From sequence record PQ341120.1: a DNA stretch of 64,000 nucleotides; one strand, 5' to 3'. Shown piece after piece: positions 35,767-44,501 of this stretch. The DNA is from Escherichia phage EAWsc9. A model generated the notes under the pieces. It did no database searches. It saw only the letters and a list, made by a program, of their open reading frames with translations, and was not told the DNA's origin. Both the position numbers and the translations under genes were made by a program. The number at the start of each line of letters is the position of its first letter. Positions within the stretch are counted from its first letter, which is position 1.

Positions 35767-36234
35767 TTAAATTTCAAATTCTTTGCGGAAGTTGGAAGCA
35801 TAAGACTGAACTGATGCTTTGTTGAATCCAAACTCACGCACAATCATATCAATAACAGCTCTGCGAGCAGCACCATTAGACATATTAACAGTTTTGAACA
35901 TATCATAGCATAAATCTTTGTTGCTCATACCGGAGCGTTTAGGTGCCTTACGTTCAGCTTTTGGTTCAGCTTTTGGTTCAGCTTTTGGTTCAGCTTTAGG
36001 AGTAGGTTTAACTTCTGGTTTAACCTGTCCATCATTCAGACCTTTAAAAATTTTACCTGCCAGAGTTGCCAGTTTAGCAGCTTCGCCACGAGTGATACCA
36101 AATACTGCCGGGTTAAATGAAATACCTTCAGCTGCCAGACGTTTGAAGAACATACGTGCTGCGGATTGTGCTTCAGCTTCAGAAGAGTTGTTTAATGCCA
36201 GCTTAACGTACTTAACCAGTTTTGAAGTTTTCAT
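35767..36234 (-). CDS. hypothetical protein with (PKAE)4 tandem repeat and conserved C-terminal domain
   Basis: 155 aa; PKAEPKAEPKAEPKAE encoded by 12-nt direct repeats; C-terminal DGAARRAVID...VQSYASNFRK shared with ORF 36317..36742. Confidence 0.45.
   Translation of the reverse strand: MKTSKLVKYVKLALNNSSEAEAQSAARMFFKRLAAEGISFNPAVFGITRGEAAKLATLAGKIFKGLNDGQVKPEVKPTPKAEPKAEPKAEPKAERKAPKRSGMSNKDLCYDMFKTVNMSNGAARRAVIDMIVREFGFNKASVQSYASNFRKEFEI
35953..36000 (-). repeat. four tandem copies of a 12-nt coding repeat (plus-strand ttcagcttttgg)
   Basis: direct repeats read directly from sequence; encode P-K-A-E on the minus strand. Confidence 0.8.
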
Positions 36235-36316
36235 TTTATTCTCCAGTGTTTTATTTGGTAACTCAGTATGGGATAATTATACACTATCCCACCTGGAAGT
36301 AAAACACTTTTCTCAA

Positions 36317-36742
36317 TTATTTTTGAGCTTTGCGGAAGTTGGAAGCATATGACTGAACAACAGTCTTTTTGATATCATAGGTGTTAACCAGAACATCAAT
36401 CAGGGCGCGGCGAGCTGCACCATCTGCCATATCAATTTCTGCAAATGCCTGGAAGCAAATGTCACGAGCATTACCAGATTTGGACTGGATTTTTTCTTCT
36501 TTAACTTCTTCAATTGGGAATTCAATCATTTCAGCTTGGATTAATTCAATGATAGATTCTTTTGACTGTTTGGTGTTTACCTTCAGTTCAGAATTAAGGG
36601 ACTTAGCGATGGCAACAATCTGGGTTGAAGTCAGATGAATAAGTGCATCTTCACGAATGCAGATTTCACATACTTCGTCGGCAACCATTTTGTTAGTGAT
36701 GCGGGTAACAGAGAATGCAGAAGTCAGGGTCAGGAAGTTCAT
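36317..36742 (-). CDS. hypothetical protein, paralog of 35767..36234 C-terminal domain
   Basis: ATG at 36742 behind TTTGGAGAAATAAA gives 141 aa; C-terminus DGAARRALIDVLVNTYDIKKTVVQSYASNFRK. Confidence 0.45.
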   Translation of the reverse strand: MNFLTLTSAFSVTRITNKMVADEVCEICIREDALIHLTSTQIVAIAKSLNSELKVNTKQSKESIIELIQAEMIEFPIEEVKEEKIQSKSGNARDICFQAFAEIDMADGAARRALIDVLVNTYDIKKTVVQSYASNFRKAQK

Positions 36743-36793
36743 TTTATTTCTCCAAAGTTTTGTTTGATTCAGTGTGTAACTCAGTATGGAATC

Positions 36794-36823
36794 ATTATGC
36801 ATCCAGTCAATTCGGATGTACAC
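36794..36823 (-). promoter_or_regulatory. early sigma70-type promoter with conserved leader
   Basis: plus attatg 36794-36799 and tgtacac 36817-36823, 17-bp spacer. Confidence 0.45.
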
Positions 36824-36841
36824 TACTTTTTGAAGAAATAT

Positions 36842-36868
36842 TAAAAATAAACCCGCCGAAGCGGGTTT
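36842..36868 (-). terminator. intrinsic terminator
   Basis: minus strand AAACCCGC-TTCG-GCGGGTTT followed by ATTTTTA. Confidence 0.55.
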
Positions 36869-36870
36869 GA

Positions 36871-37425
36871 TTAGTTCTTATAAAAGCGGAACGGATTTAT
36901 ATGAAAGGCGAGCATAGCCTTAGGGATTGGTCGGGACAGAAGACTCTTGAGCTTCCAGCCACAATAAACACGCAGATAAAAGGTGATTCCACCGACCTTA
37001 AGATAAGGAACAGAAGCAAAAACACCCCAGGCATTATCCGTCCACATCCAGAGCCAGCCATGGTGAGCTTTGTCTGGGGAGCCGGATTCAACATCAGGAT
37101 TACCTTTATAATGGAATTCTGAATTGCAATCACGACCAAGCTTGTGGTAAGCAAAATTGTATGCTTTATTTCGCCAGAGCCAGGCTACTCGTTGGAAGTA
37201 AACACCTAACGGCCATTTTCGGATTTTTGACCAACGTTCGACATGACCCCGGTCACCATCAATCGGATTGTCATATGTCATCATCCAATCAAATCCGAAC
37301 GGAAGTTTACCAGTCTTTTTATTATGGAATGGAACTACAAATGGAGCCAGGATAACGGCCAGAATCATGGAGATAAAATCCAGCGGAACTAACAGAATCC
37401 AACTCAAATATTTTAACAGTTTCAT
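36871..37425 (-). CDS. hypothetical membrane-anchored protein, Trp-rich
   Basis: ATG at 37425 (AAAGAG RBS) gives 184 aa; N-terminal TM helix LSWILLVPLDFISMILAVILAPFVV; flanked by terminators on both sides. Confidence 0.45.
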   Translation of the reverse strand: MKLLKYLSWILLVPLDFISMILAVILAPFVVPFHNKKTGKLPFGFDWMMTYDNPIDGDRGHVERWSKIRKWPLGVYFQRVAWLWRNKAYNFAYHKLGRDCNSEFHYKGNPDVESGSPDKAHHGWLWMWTDNAWGVFASVPYLKVGGITFYLRVYCGWKLKSLLSRPIPKAMLAFHINPFRFYKN

Positions 37426-37447
37426 ACGTTTCTCTTTAGTTGATTTA

Positions 37448-37477
37448 TAAAAAAGCCCCAACCTTTCGGAAGGGGCT
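37448..37477 (-). terminator. intrinsic terminator followed by late-promoter-like TATAAATC
   Basis: minus strand AGCCCC...GGGGCT stem then TTTTTTATAAATC (plus gatttata 37442-37449). Confidence 0.5.
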
Positions 37478-37514
37478 ATACCTTGTCGGGGTTCCACCTG
37501 CAAGGCAAGTGTTC

Positions 37515-37898
37515 TTATCCGCGAGCGAATGCCATTGCAGCGCGTTCGTTGGCACGGTCGGTGATGTTCAAGAATTTATCACGAGCAATTTCGATTGGGG
37601 CGCCGACCCAGTCAGCAGCACCATTACCCGGAGACTGTTTAGGGCGAACCATATAAGTTGAAACTTTGGAACCAGCTAGTTTGGCACCTGGCGCCGCGGC
37701 ATTTTTAACGTCTTTAGCTTTGATGCCAAACCCAGTTACGATACCCCAAGAAACGCCATTAACTGGTTTCTTGAACATAACACGGTCACCAATTGAAACA
37801 CCGGCTTTTTCTGGAGCCACTAAAGAAAATTTACCAGCTTCAGTCAGTACGGATTCGGTGATGGTATTGCGATTTAAAAATTCTGCATATGTAAGCAT
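37515..37898 (-). CDS. internal-protein-like protein with degenerate capsid-targeting sequence
   Basis: 127 aa starting MLTYAEFLNRNTITE; exact late-promoter box TATAAATA upstream. Confidence 0.5.
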   Translation of the reverse strand: MLTYAEFLNRNTITESVLTEAGKFSLVAPEKAGVSIGDRVMFKKPVNGVSWGIVTGFGIKAKDVKNAAAPGAKLAGSKVSTYMVRPKQSPGNGAADWVGAPIEIARDKFLNITDRANERAAMAFARG

Positions 37899-37920
37899 TT
37901 TGTTTTTCCATTATTAGGGT

Positions 37921-37928
37921 TGTTGTTA
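37921..37928 (-). promoter_or_regulatory. late promoter box TATAAATA
   Basis: plus tatttata = minus TATAAATA, about 25 nt upstream of ATG at 37898. Confidence 0.5.
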
Positions 37929-38131
37929 ATATTTATATTCCATAGTACCGGATGCACCATCCGCTCGGATTTCTCATACTACCGGACGCACCGTCCGCTC
38001 TGGAAAAACTCCGTTAAAAGGGTGCGCCGTTTCAGCTGTGGTAGTAAAGAACCAGAACACAGTAAAACTGTGGGAGGAACTATACTTCAGGGAACTTCAG
38101 TCCGACGACTTACCGGTAGCGACCCGGTTTC

Positions 38132-38371
38132 TCATTCAATTGTAATAGCTAATTTGACTTTAACAACCTTATAATTGGAATCAAGGTCATTGAATTCCAT
38201 AAAATTTGTTGCTAATCTGCGAGTCGGGAAACTTAGATATTTATTATGCTCAGGTGGAGCAGTTAATGCAAACCATGGGACTTGTTTATCATTTTCATCA
38301 AACTCATCAAAGCTATAAACCAGCTCGTTGTTGGTTATATCCATAACTGCATATGATTCACTAATAACCAT
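38132..38371 (-). CDS. hypothetical protein downstream of tRNA genes
   Basis: ATG at 38371 behind GAGGA gives 79 aa; the longer track ORF would overlap tRNA-Arg. Confidence 0.3.
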   Translation of the reverse strand: MVISESYAVMDITNNELVYSFDEFDENDKQVPWFALTAPPEHNKYLSFPTRRLATNFMEFNDLDSNYKVVKVKLAITIE

Positions 38372-38386
38372 AATATCCTCGGTAAT

Positions 38387-38463
38387 TGGTCGGGGTGGTG
38401 GGATTCTAACCCACAACCTACGGTTTAGAAGACCGTTGCTCTATACAATTGAGCTACACCCCG
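38387..38463 (-). tRNA. tRNA-Arg (anticodon UCU)
   Basis: hand-folded cloverleaf: acceptor CGGGGTG/CACCCCG, D stem GCTC/GAGC, anticodon stem ACGGT/ACCGT with loop CTTCTAA, T stem GTGGG/CCCAC, encoded CCA; T loop TTAGAAT and D loop without GG are atypical. Confidence 0.75.
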
Positions 38464-38539
38464 GGTGGCCCCATCCGGACTTGAACCGGAAACCTGCCAG
38501 TTATGAGCCGGATGCTCTAACCAATTGAGCTACAGGGCC
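38464..38539 (-). tRNA. tRNA with anticodon CAU (Ile-lysidine or Met type)
   Basis: hand-folded: acceptor GGCCCTG/TGGGGCC, D arm GCTC-AATTGGTTA-GAGC, anticodon loop CTCATAA, T arm TCCGG-TTCAAGT-CCGGA; one mismatch in anticodon stem; abuts tRNA-Arg. Confidence 0.7.
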
Positions 38540-38544
38540 TAAAA

Positions 38545-38814
38545 TTAAATTACAAATCCAGCGGGAGCATTATCATCTTTAGCCATGTGCTGAATTGTAT
38601 GATAAGTCATTTCTTCTGGTGCAACCAGATAAGCCGCTGCGTTAACCAACGGGATTAATTTGACTTTATTAAATGTTGGACAACCAATTGACATAAAGGT
38701 TTCGCCTGTTGGATGCTGAATTTCGCCAAATTGACACTCATACGAAATAGAGCAACGTTTGGTAGTGGTTGTCTTTGTTTTAGGGTCGTAAAAAGCTAAT
38801 TTTAATACTAACAT
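38545..38814 (-). CDS. hypothetical protein
   Basis: 89-aa minus ORF ending 6 nt before the tRNA pair. Confidence 0.35.
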   Translation of the reverse strand: MLVLKLAFYDPKTKTTTTKRCSISYECQFGEIQHPTGETFMSIGCPTFNKVKLIPLVNAAAYLVAPEEMTYHTIQHMAKDDNAPAGFVI

Positions 38815-38934
38815 AACACCTCAAGTAAAATTAAGTAAAGTAAGTTTGATTAATAGCACATGCTATTATGAAAGGTTCTTTGAGGGAAGAACCTTTGGTA
38901 ATAGAGGGTACTTATTAATAATAACGCGTTTTTA

Positions 38935-39417
38935 TTAAAGCATATCAAGCGCTTTAACAGATGGGATTTGGATTTCTTCTTCGATTATATATAGCTTAAC
39001 ATAAGAAATTACACGCATGAAATCGCCATCATATTCGCAAGCCATACCAAGGAGCTCAGTAAGGGCTTCATTCAAATAGTATGCTTCTTCATCATTATTC
39101 AGCAAGGCTTCTAAGTCTTGGATACCAAGAACTTTATCCAAAAATTCATAAGTCAACTGGCCAGATTTTACGCCAGATGCAATGTGGGCGATAACCAAGT
39201 GTTTAACTACATCCCATTCTGAATTACCACATTTATTGCAGTTATTGCAATGCGAACCATGGAAAAGTTCCAGGATATATTTGTACTGTTGGATTTCTTG
39301 TTCTTCTACACCAAATACCGTTTGGGTTTTATAGTTGTCACCATCATTTTCCCAGGTTTCAATTTCAATCACATAACCTTTAGGGATGGTCTGACCAAAT
39401 TTGATATTCATTCGCAT
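38935..39417 (-). CDS. hypothetical protein
   Basis: 160 aa; CNNCNKCG cluster. Confidence 0.4.
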   Translation of the reverse strand: MRMNIKFGQTIPKGYVIEIETWENDGDNYKTQTVFGVEEQEIQQYKYILELFHGSHCNNCNKCGNSEWDVVKHLVIAHIASGVKSGQLTYEFLDKVLGIQDLEALLNNDEEAYYLNEALTELLGMACEYDGDFMRVISYVKLYIIEEEIQIPSVKALDML

Positions 39418-39797
39418 GTTCCTTCATCAACAATAGTATGCGTATTGGCATTAACAATCTGCCACCAGTCAAAACGGTTGGAACCATAACAAGGCTTCTT
39501 CTCGTTTTCTTTAATGATATCACGCAGTTCATCTTCAGTCGCAGCCTTTGCGATTAAGTCAGCATAACCGCCACGAGGATAATAGCTATCACCAGCAAAG
39601 AGCAAAAAGTTTGTTTTGATATTCTTGAATTCTTCAAGAGTAATAACTGTTCCACCCGGTTGAACAATATCTACATAACTATATCCTAATTTCTGTGCTT
39701 CATTTACCGCTTCGAGCAGGGTGTCGTGTGCCCACCCAATTTGACAATCTGGTTTTTCAGATGGGTTTGCCTGATAATCCGCATACACTTTATACAT
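39408..39797 (-). CDS. hypothetical protein
   Basis: ATG at 39797 behind AAAGGTGAG gives 129 aa. Confidence 0.4.
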   Translation of the reverse strand: MYKVYADYQANPSEKPDCQIGWAHDTLLEAVNEAQKLGYSYVDIVQPGGTVITLEEFKNIKTNFLLFAGDSYYPRGGYADLIAKAATEDELRDIIKENEKKPCYGSNRFDWWQIVNANTHTIVDEGTCE

Positions 39798-39798
39798 T

Positions 39799-39984
39799 TT
39801 ACTCACCTTTGGAGATTTTATCCATAACGAAAGAGATTGAACCAATTAAAAATGCAACTACTAAAGAGATTATATTCTCAGAAGTTGAAAGCATATTCAA
39901 CATAAAGCCAGCAAACATGCTAAAACCAAAAGCGGTAACAGCAACAAGGGCAGTAACATTTCTAATTAATTCGCAACGTTTCAT
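39799..39984 (-). CDS. hypothetical small membrane protein
   Basis: 61 aa, two hydrophobic helices. Confidence 0.3.
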   Translation of the reverse strand: MKRCELIRNVTALVAVTAFGFSMFAGFMLNMLSTSENIISLVVAFLIGSISFVMDKISKGE

Positions 39985-40041
39985 TTTATTCTCCTCAGTA
40001 GTTGATGGGATAATTATACGCTATCCCATTCAAAAGTACAC

Positions 40042-40296
40042 TTATTTTTTAGGGATACGATAGTAACGCATCTCAACATCTTTCTGCTTGTGCCACTTTT
40101 TGATAAGGTCTTCAGAACCTTTAATGGTAACGATGTCATAGCGACCATCATGCGATACTTCAGCACTTAACTGCATGAAGTTGTCTAGTGAACGGCGCAA
40201 TTCCTCATTAGAAAAACTACCACGCGGGGAACCAACATAAGCAAACTCAACTTTTGCATCTGCGGCTTCGTTAATAAATTCTTGATAAGTTTTCAT
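40042..40296 (-). CDS. internal-protein-like protein with capsid-targeting sequence
   Basis: 84 aa starting MKTYQEFINEAADAK. Confidence 0.55.
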   Translation of the reverse strand: MKTYQEFINEAADAKVEFAYVGSPRGSFSNEELRRSLDNFMQLSAEVSHDGRYDIVTIKGSEDLIKKWHKQKDVEMRYYRIPKK

Positions 40297-40352
40297 GTTG
40301 TCTCCAGTAGTTGATGGGATAATTATACTGCAGTTATCCCATCGCGTATACT

Positions 40353-40595
40353 TTATTTTAAGTCTTCCAGACGTTTTTTCATCTTGGTGCCATTCTTAGC
40401 AATTTCGCCAGCATCAGAACAAAGAGCGAGGAGAGCTTTAACTTTACCCTGGTCGCCTTTAAAAGATGATGCATCTACAGAATCAGCAAGTTCTTTGATA
40501 CGTGCAAACAGGCGCTCTGCTTCAGCAAGGGCTTGGCCAAGTTTAACTTCCATACCATGGGAAGATTCTGTTATAAATGTTTGATAAGTTTTCAT
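40353..40595 (-). CDS. internal-protein-like protein with capsid-targeting sequence
   Basis: ATG at 40595 behind GGAGA gives 80 aa starting MKTYQTFITESS. Confidence 0.55.
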   Translation of the reverse strand: MKTYQTFITESSHGMEVKLGQALAEAERLFARIKELADSVDASSFKGDQGKVKALLALCSDAGEIAKNGTKMKKRLEDLK

Positions 40596-40611
40596 GTTGT
40601 CTCCAAGCCAT

Positions 40612-40632
40612 AAAAAGGGGATAATTATCCCC
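40612..40632 (-). terminator. intrinsic terminator between two internal-protein genes
   Basis: palindrome GGGGATAATTATCCCC followed by TTTTTAT on the minus strand. Confidence 0.45.
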
Positions 40633-40640
40633 ATTTGTTA

Positions 40641-40940
40641 TTACATCTTACTACCACGAATTACGCCATAAGCGGCGAAGTCGTCAGTGATATTTTTAGG
40701 GGTGTTCTTACCAGTTTCAATGAAGGCAATGCTTGATTTCTGACTAAAAGAGGTAATTTTGTTATAGTTAGAGTCAAGGAAGGTATAACCATTTTTACGC
40801 AACTGGTCAAAGTCTTCAGCGTCGCCTTTACCTTTGAAGTCAACCCATTTGTAGGTGTTTTTCTTCTGAAGGCCCAGAGGCCAGGTTTTTGCTTCTGCTA
40901 GGTAATTGTTTTCTACCAAAAATTCATGAAAAGTTTGCAT
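40641..40940 (-). CDS. internal-protein-like protein with capsid-targeting sequence
   Basis: 99 aa starting MQTFHEFLVENN; shares GDAEDF...NGY[ST]F block with ORF 27106..27366. Confidence 0.5.
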   Translation of the reverse strand: MQTFHEFLVENNYLAEAKTWPLGLQKKNTYKWVDFKGKGDAEDFDQLRKNGYTFLDSNYNKITSFSQKSSIAFIETGKNTPKNITDDFAAYGVIRGSKM

Positions 40941-40948
40941 TTGAAATC

Positions 40949-41221
40949 CTATTTTAAATAAATTGCATATTTTTTATAACCAGCCGTCTCATGACGGAGA
41001 CCCTTGTCATTGGCAAAACGCTCAATGTTATTAATTTGGTTCTGGTCAAGTTCTGAAATGTCAAACGCGAAAAAGTTGCGTTTGTTGCCAATTGTTATAT
41101 GGTCAGTTAAGTCAATGCTATACAGGTGATTGATATTGTCAATCATAGCTTTGACCGCTTTACTAATTTTTACTTCTTCATTCAGTTGTGACTCGTTGAA
41201 AAATTCATTGAAAGTTTTCAT
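40949..41221 (-). CDS. internal-protein-like protein with capsid-targeting sequence
   Basis: 90 aa starting MKTFNEFFNESQ. Confidence 0.5.
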   Translation of the reverse strand: MKTFNEFFNESQLNEEVKISKAVKAMIDNINHLYSIDLTDHITIGNKRNFFAFDISELDQNQINNIERFANDKGLRHETAGYKKYAIYLK

Positions 41222-41229
41222 AAGAAACC

Positions 41230-41562
41230 TTATTTATAAAGTTTTGCCAGTTCTTTACGTCCGCGAGCAGACATAATAAATTGTTCATCGCCAATTTTAA
41301 AATAAGCCATACCGCCGTCAACAGCGATACCAATTTCTTTAGTACCTTCTTTGCCTTTCCACTTGCCACCAGATTTCAGGACAGCTTCAACTGCAGCTTT
41401 GGAATATTTGGACGTTTGAAAACGTTCATTACCAATCTGAAAGAAAACACCATCTGCATTTTTGGTTAAACCAAATTTCAGAGAGCCTTCACTATCATCA
41501 ATTGATTTGGTCTCATTGATGGCGGATTCGGCTAAAAACTCGTTGTAAGTTTTGATGTTCAT
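41230..41562 (-). CDS. internal-protein-like protein with capsid-targeting sequence
   Basis: 110 aa starting MNIKTYNEFLAESA. Confidence 0.5.
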   Translation of the reverse strand: MNIKTYNEFLAESAINETKSIDDSEGSLKFGLTKNADGVFFQIGNERFQTSKYSKAAVEAVLKSGGKWKGKEGTKEIGIAVDGGMAYFKIGDEQFIMSARGRKELAKLYK

Positions 41563-41597
41563 ATTAACTCCGTTTGTTCATTCGTTGGTGTAGGAAC

Positions 41598-41626
41598 ATA
41601 ATACTGTACCTACACTTATTTGTACA

Positions 41627-41627
<1 letters not shown>
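41598..41627 (-). promoter_or_regulatory. early sigma70-type promoter (-35 GTGTACA, 17 bp, -10 TATTAT) heading the internal-protein array
   Basis: plus ataata 41598-41603 and tgtacac 41621-41627. Confidence 0.45.
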
Positions 41628-42317
<690 letters not shown>

Positions 42318-42318
<1 letters not shown>

Positions 42319-42995
42319 TATATTACCTTATTAATTTTATCAAAAAGTTCTTCGAGTGTGCCATTGTTTTTAATAACAATGTCACTAGCTAGTGGTGGAA
42401 GTCCAGCTTCCGTAATGTGTGTATCGGTAGAATGATTTGCTTCATCGCGTTCTACAAAGATTATTGTAGCACCCATCGCCCGAAGCGAATCAAGTTCGTT
42501 CTTTTGACGAACATCTGGGACAACGTAATATTTATATCCAGAATAGAGGTTGTCAAGATAATCGCACGCAAAAGTTTTAATCCAAAACATGCTGTCGAAC
42601 TCTGTACAAACGATGTCAGTTCCAAGGGTCTGCATGAAACGTCTAACTGTCCAGGGCTCAACATTATTTAGTGTGTGAAATTCAATGATTTTACGAACCA
42701 TATCTGGATTCGGAAGGTCAAGATTGTATTGTTGTTTCAACCATTCAAGAGCATCAACCAGAAGAATATAAGCTTCGGTGTTGTTCATTATCAAGGTTTT
42801 TTCACGGTCATAACCTTGTCCATCAAAATTTTCCAGGGTCAAATTGTGTGGCAGGTCTTGACGAATCCACGCTTTATAAAGCGCTTCTTTAATCGGACCT
42901 GCAAGCTGCCACTTTGTTCCGTTTTGACTAATAACATAATCAGCAGTCGTATCTTTACCACTGCGTTTTTTGCCCACAATCGCAATTAATTTCAT
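42318..42995 (-). CDS. 1: gp1 deoxynucleoside monophosphate kinase
   Basis: 225 aa; P-loop GKKRSGKDT; position between 57A and gene 3. Confidence 0.8.
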
Positions 42996-43591
42996 ACGTT
43001 TCTCATAGATGGATGCATTGACTTAGACCTGATTTCCTGTTGCATTGCTGCATTACTATCAATCTGTGGTCTACCTTCTATTATTATACCATCAATTTCT
43101 ACAGCAAAAGACTTAAAGTTAAAAGTTGCTGTTGCATTGATAGCCGGGTCAGAATCTTCTTTATATGAGTACTGAATCTCTGACAGGTCGGACGGCCATG
43201 CTCCATAGTAATGGATTGACATGACAATTTTGTCCTTGTTGTTATCTAAGATATGAAGCGTGACCGCTTCGGGGCGACCCTTCGGATGCCATGCTTTTGA
43301 TTCGTGTGTGATGTAGTTGTTGAGCGAGAGCATCCATTTATAAATGTCAAGCCATGCTCTTAGGTCTTTGTCACACAGAAAGTTAACAATCAGCGGGTCG
43401 AATTCTATTGTACTACCAGGAAGGCTGGAGCGATTTATACCTTGTGTTCCGCCCGGAACATCCGTCACAGGAATGTGAACTCCAGGGAGGGTAACGTCTT
43501 GAACGTTGAGTTTAAAGGTCTGTGTGAGGTTTGAATCGCTTACCTCTAATATAAAGTTAGTCGTGTTAGTTTGATTATATAAACCTGACAT
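42992..43591 (-). CDS. 3: gp3 tail completion / sheath stabiliser
   Basis: internal ATG at 43591 gives 199 aa and avoids overlap with gp2; assignment by T4 gene order. Confidence 0.65.
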   Translation of the reverse strand: MSGLYNQTNTTNFILEVSDSNLTQTFKLNVQDVTLPGVHIPVTDVPGGTQGINRSSLPGSTIEFDPLIVNFLCDKDLRAWLDIYKWMLSLNNYITHESKAWHPKGRPEAVTLHILDNNKDKIVMSIHYYGAWPSDLSEIQYSYKEDSDPAINATATFNFKSFAVEIDGIIIEGRPQIDSNAAMQQEIRSKSMHPSMRNV

Positions 43592-43676
43592 AATGCACCT
43601 TGTTTGCTTTAAAACAATCAGTGTTATAATGGTTCTAGACCTTTTGTCCTTACCAATAACACTGACCGATAATAGA

Positions 43677-44501
43677 TTATGAATTTCTCCATACTTTCTG
43701 TGAAGAGAATCTTTTGCCTTTCGACATAAATTGTTGCAACGGAAGCATAACAACGTTTGCCCAGTCGCTGGGCTTGATTTCAGTGATAGTACCTTTTATA
43801 TTGCCAGGTATATATGCTTTAATCATCTGGTCAGCCCCTTTAAATCCCTTCACCTTTGACCAATCAATCTTCAGATGAGTCTTGTTCGTAATCGTAGGAG
43901 TATTGGCATATTGCTTAAGAAGTTCCTCAAGGAACTCTTGACGCGCCTTCGGTGGAATATAGTGCAAGTTCAAACCATACATCAAATTGTGCTTACCTAG
44001 CCCAAGATAAATGATTAACGGATATTTGTCCCAGTACGGAAGAGTATCCTTATGCTTTGCATCATAGATATAAGCATAAAGTTTACCTGGTTGAGGTTTA
44101 GCCGTTACGTGGCCACGAACTGATTTCTTAATTGTCTCTGCGAACCATCTGGCGGATTTGGTGTTGCTTGCAGCGCCTTCGTTAGCAATCTTATCTCTTA
44201 TGCTCTTCCTAAAGCTATTCACCATTATCAGCTGGCGTTCAGCCTTCGTAAGTTTACCAGCAGGTTTCTTTTTGAGCTTGGATACTTTATAAGCAGTCTG
44301 AATTCTTGAATGATACCTCGACATGCTTTTGGTAAAGGTCGAATAGTTGATTCCTTTCTCTTCAGCAAACTTCTTCGAGGTCATTCCTTTTTCTTTTGCT
44401 GTATAAAATTCAACCCCTATCTCAACCCATTGTTGTTCGGATTTACTGGGTTTCGGACCTGGTTTATCTGCAGATTCATTGATAAATGTAAAAATACTCA
44501 T
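43677..44501 (-). CDS. 2: gp2 DNA end-protector protein
   Basis: ATG at 44501 gives 274 aa (T4 gp2 length from memory) with ATGA overlap to gp4 stop. Confidence 0.75.
   Translation of the reverse strand: MSIFTFINESADKPGPKPSKSEQQWVEIGVEFYTAKEKGMTSKKFAEEKGINYSTFTKSMSRYHSRIQTAYKVSKLKKKPAGKLTKAERQLIMVNSFRKSIRDKIANEGAASNTKSARWFAETIKKSVRGHVTAKPQPGKLYAYIYDAKHKDTLPYWDKYPLIIYLGLGKHNLMYGLNLHYIPPKARQEFLEELLKQYANTPTITNKTHLKIDWSKVKGFKGADQMIKAYIPGNIKGTITEIKPSDWANVVMLPLQQFMSKGKRFSSQKVWRNS

Noticed and set aside
35953-36000. Possible CRISPR-like short repeats
   Set aside because: Four exact 12-nt tandem repeats with no spacers, entirely inside a coding frame (PKAE repeats); not a CRISPR array.
37920-38528. 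Plus-strand ORFs 37920..38174 and 38328..38528
   Set aside because: They overlap the hairpin-rich non-coding stretch and the two minus-strand tRNA genes; no RBS; interpreted as chance frames.
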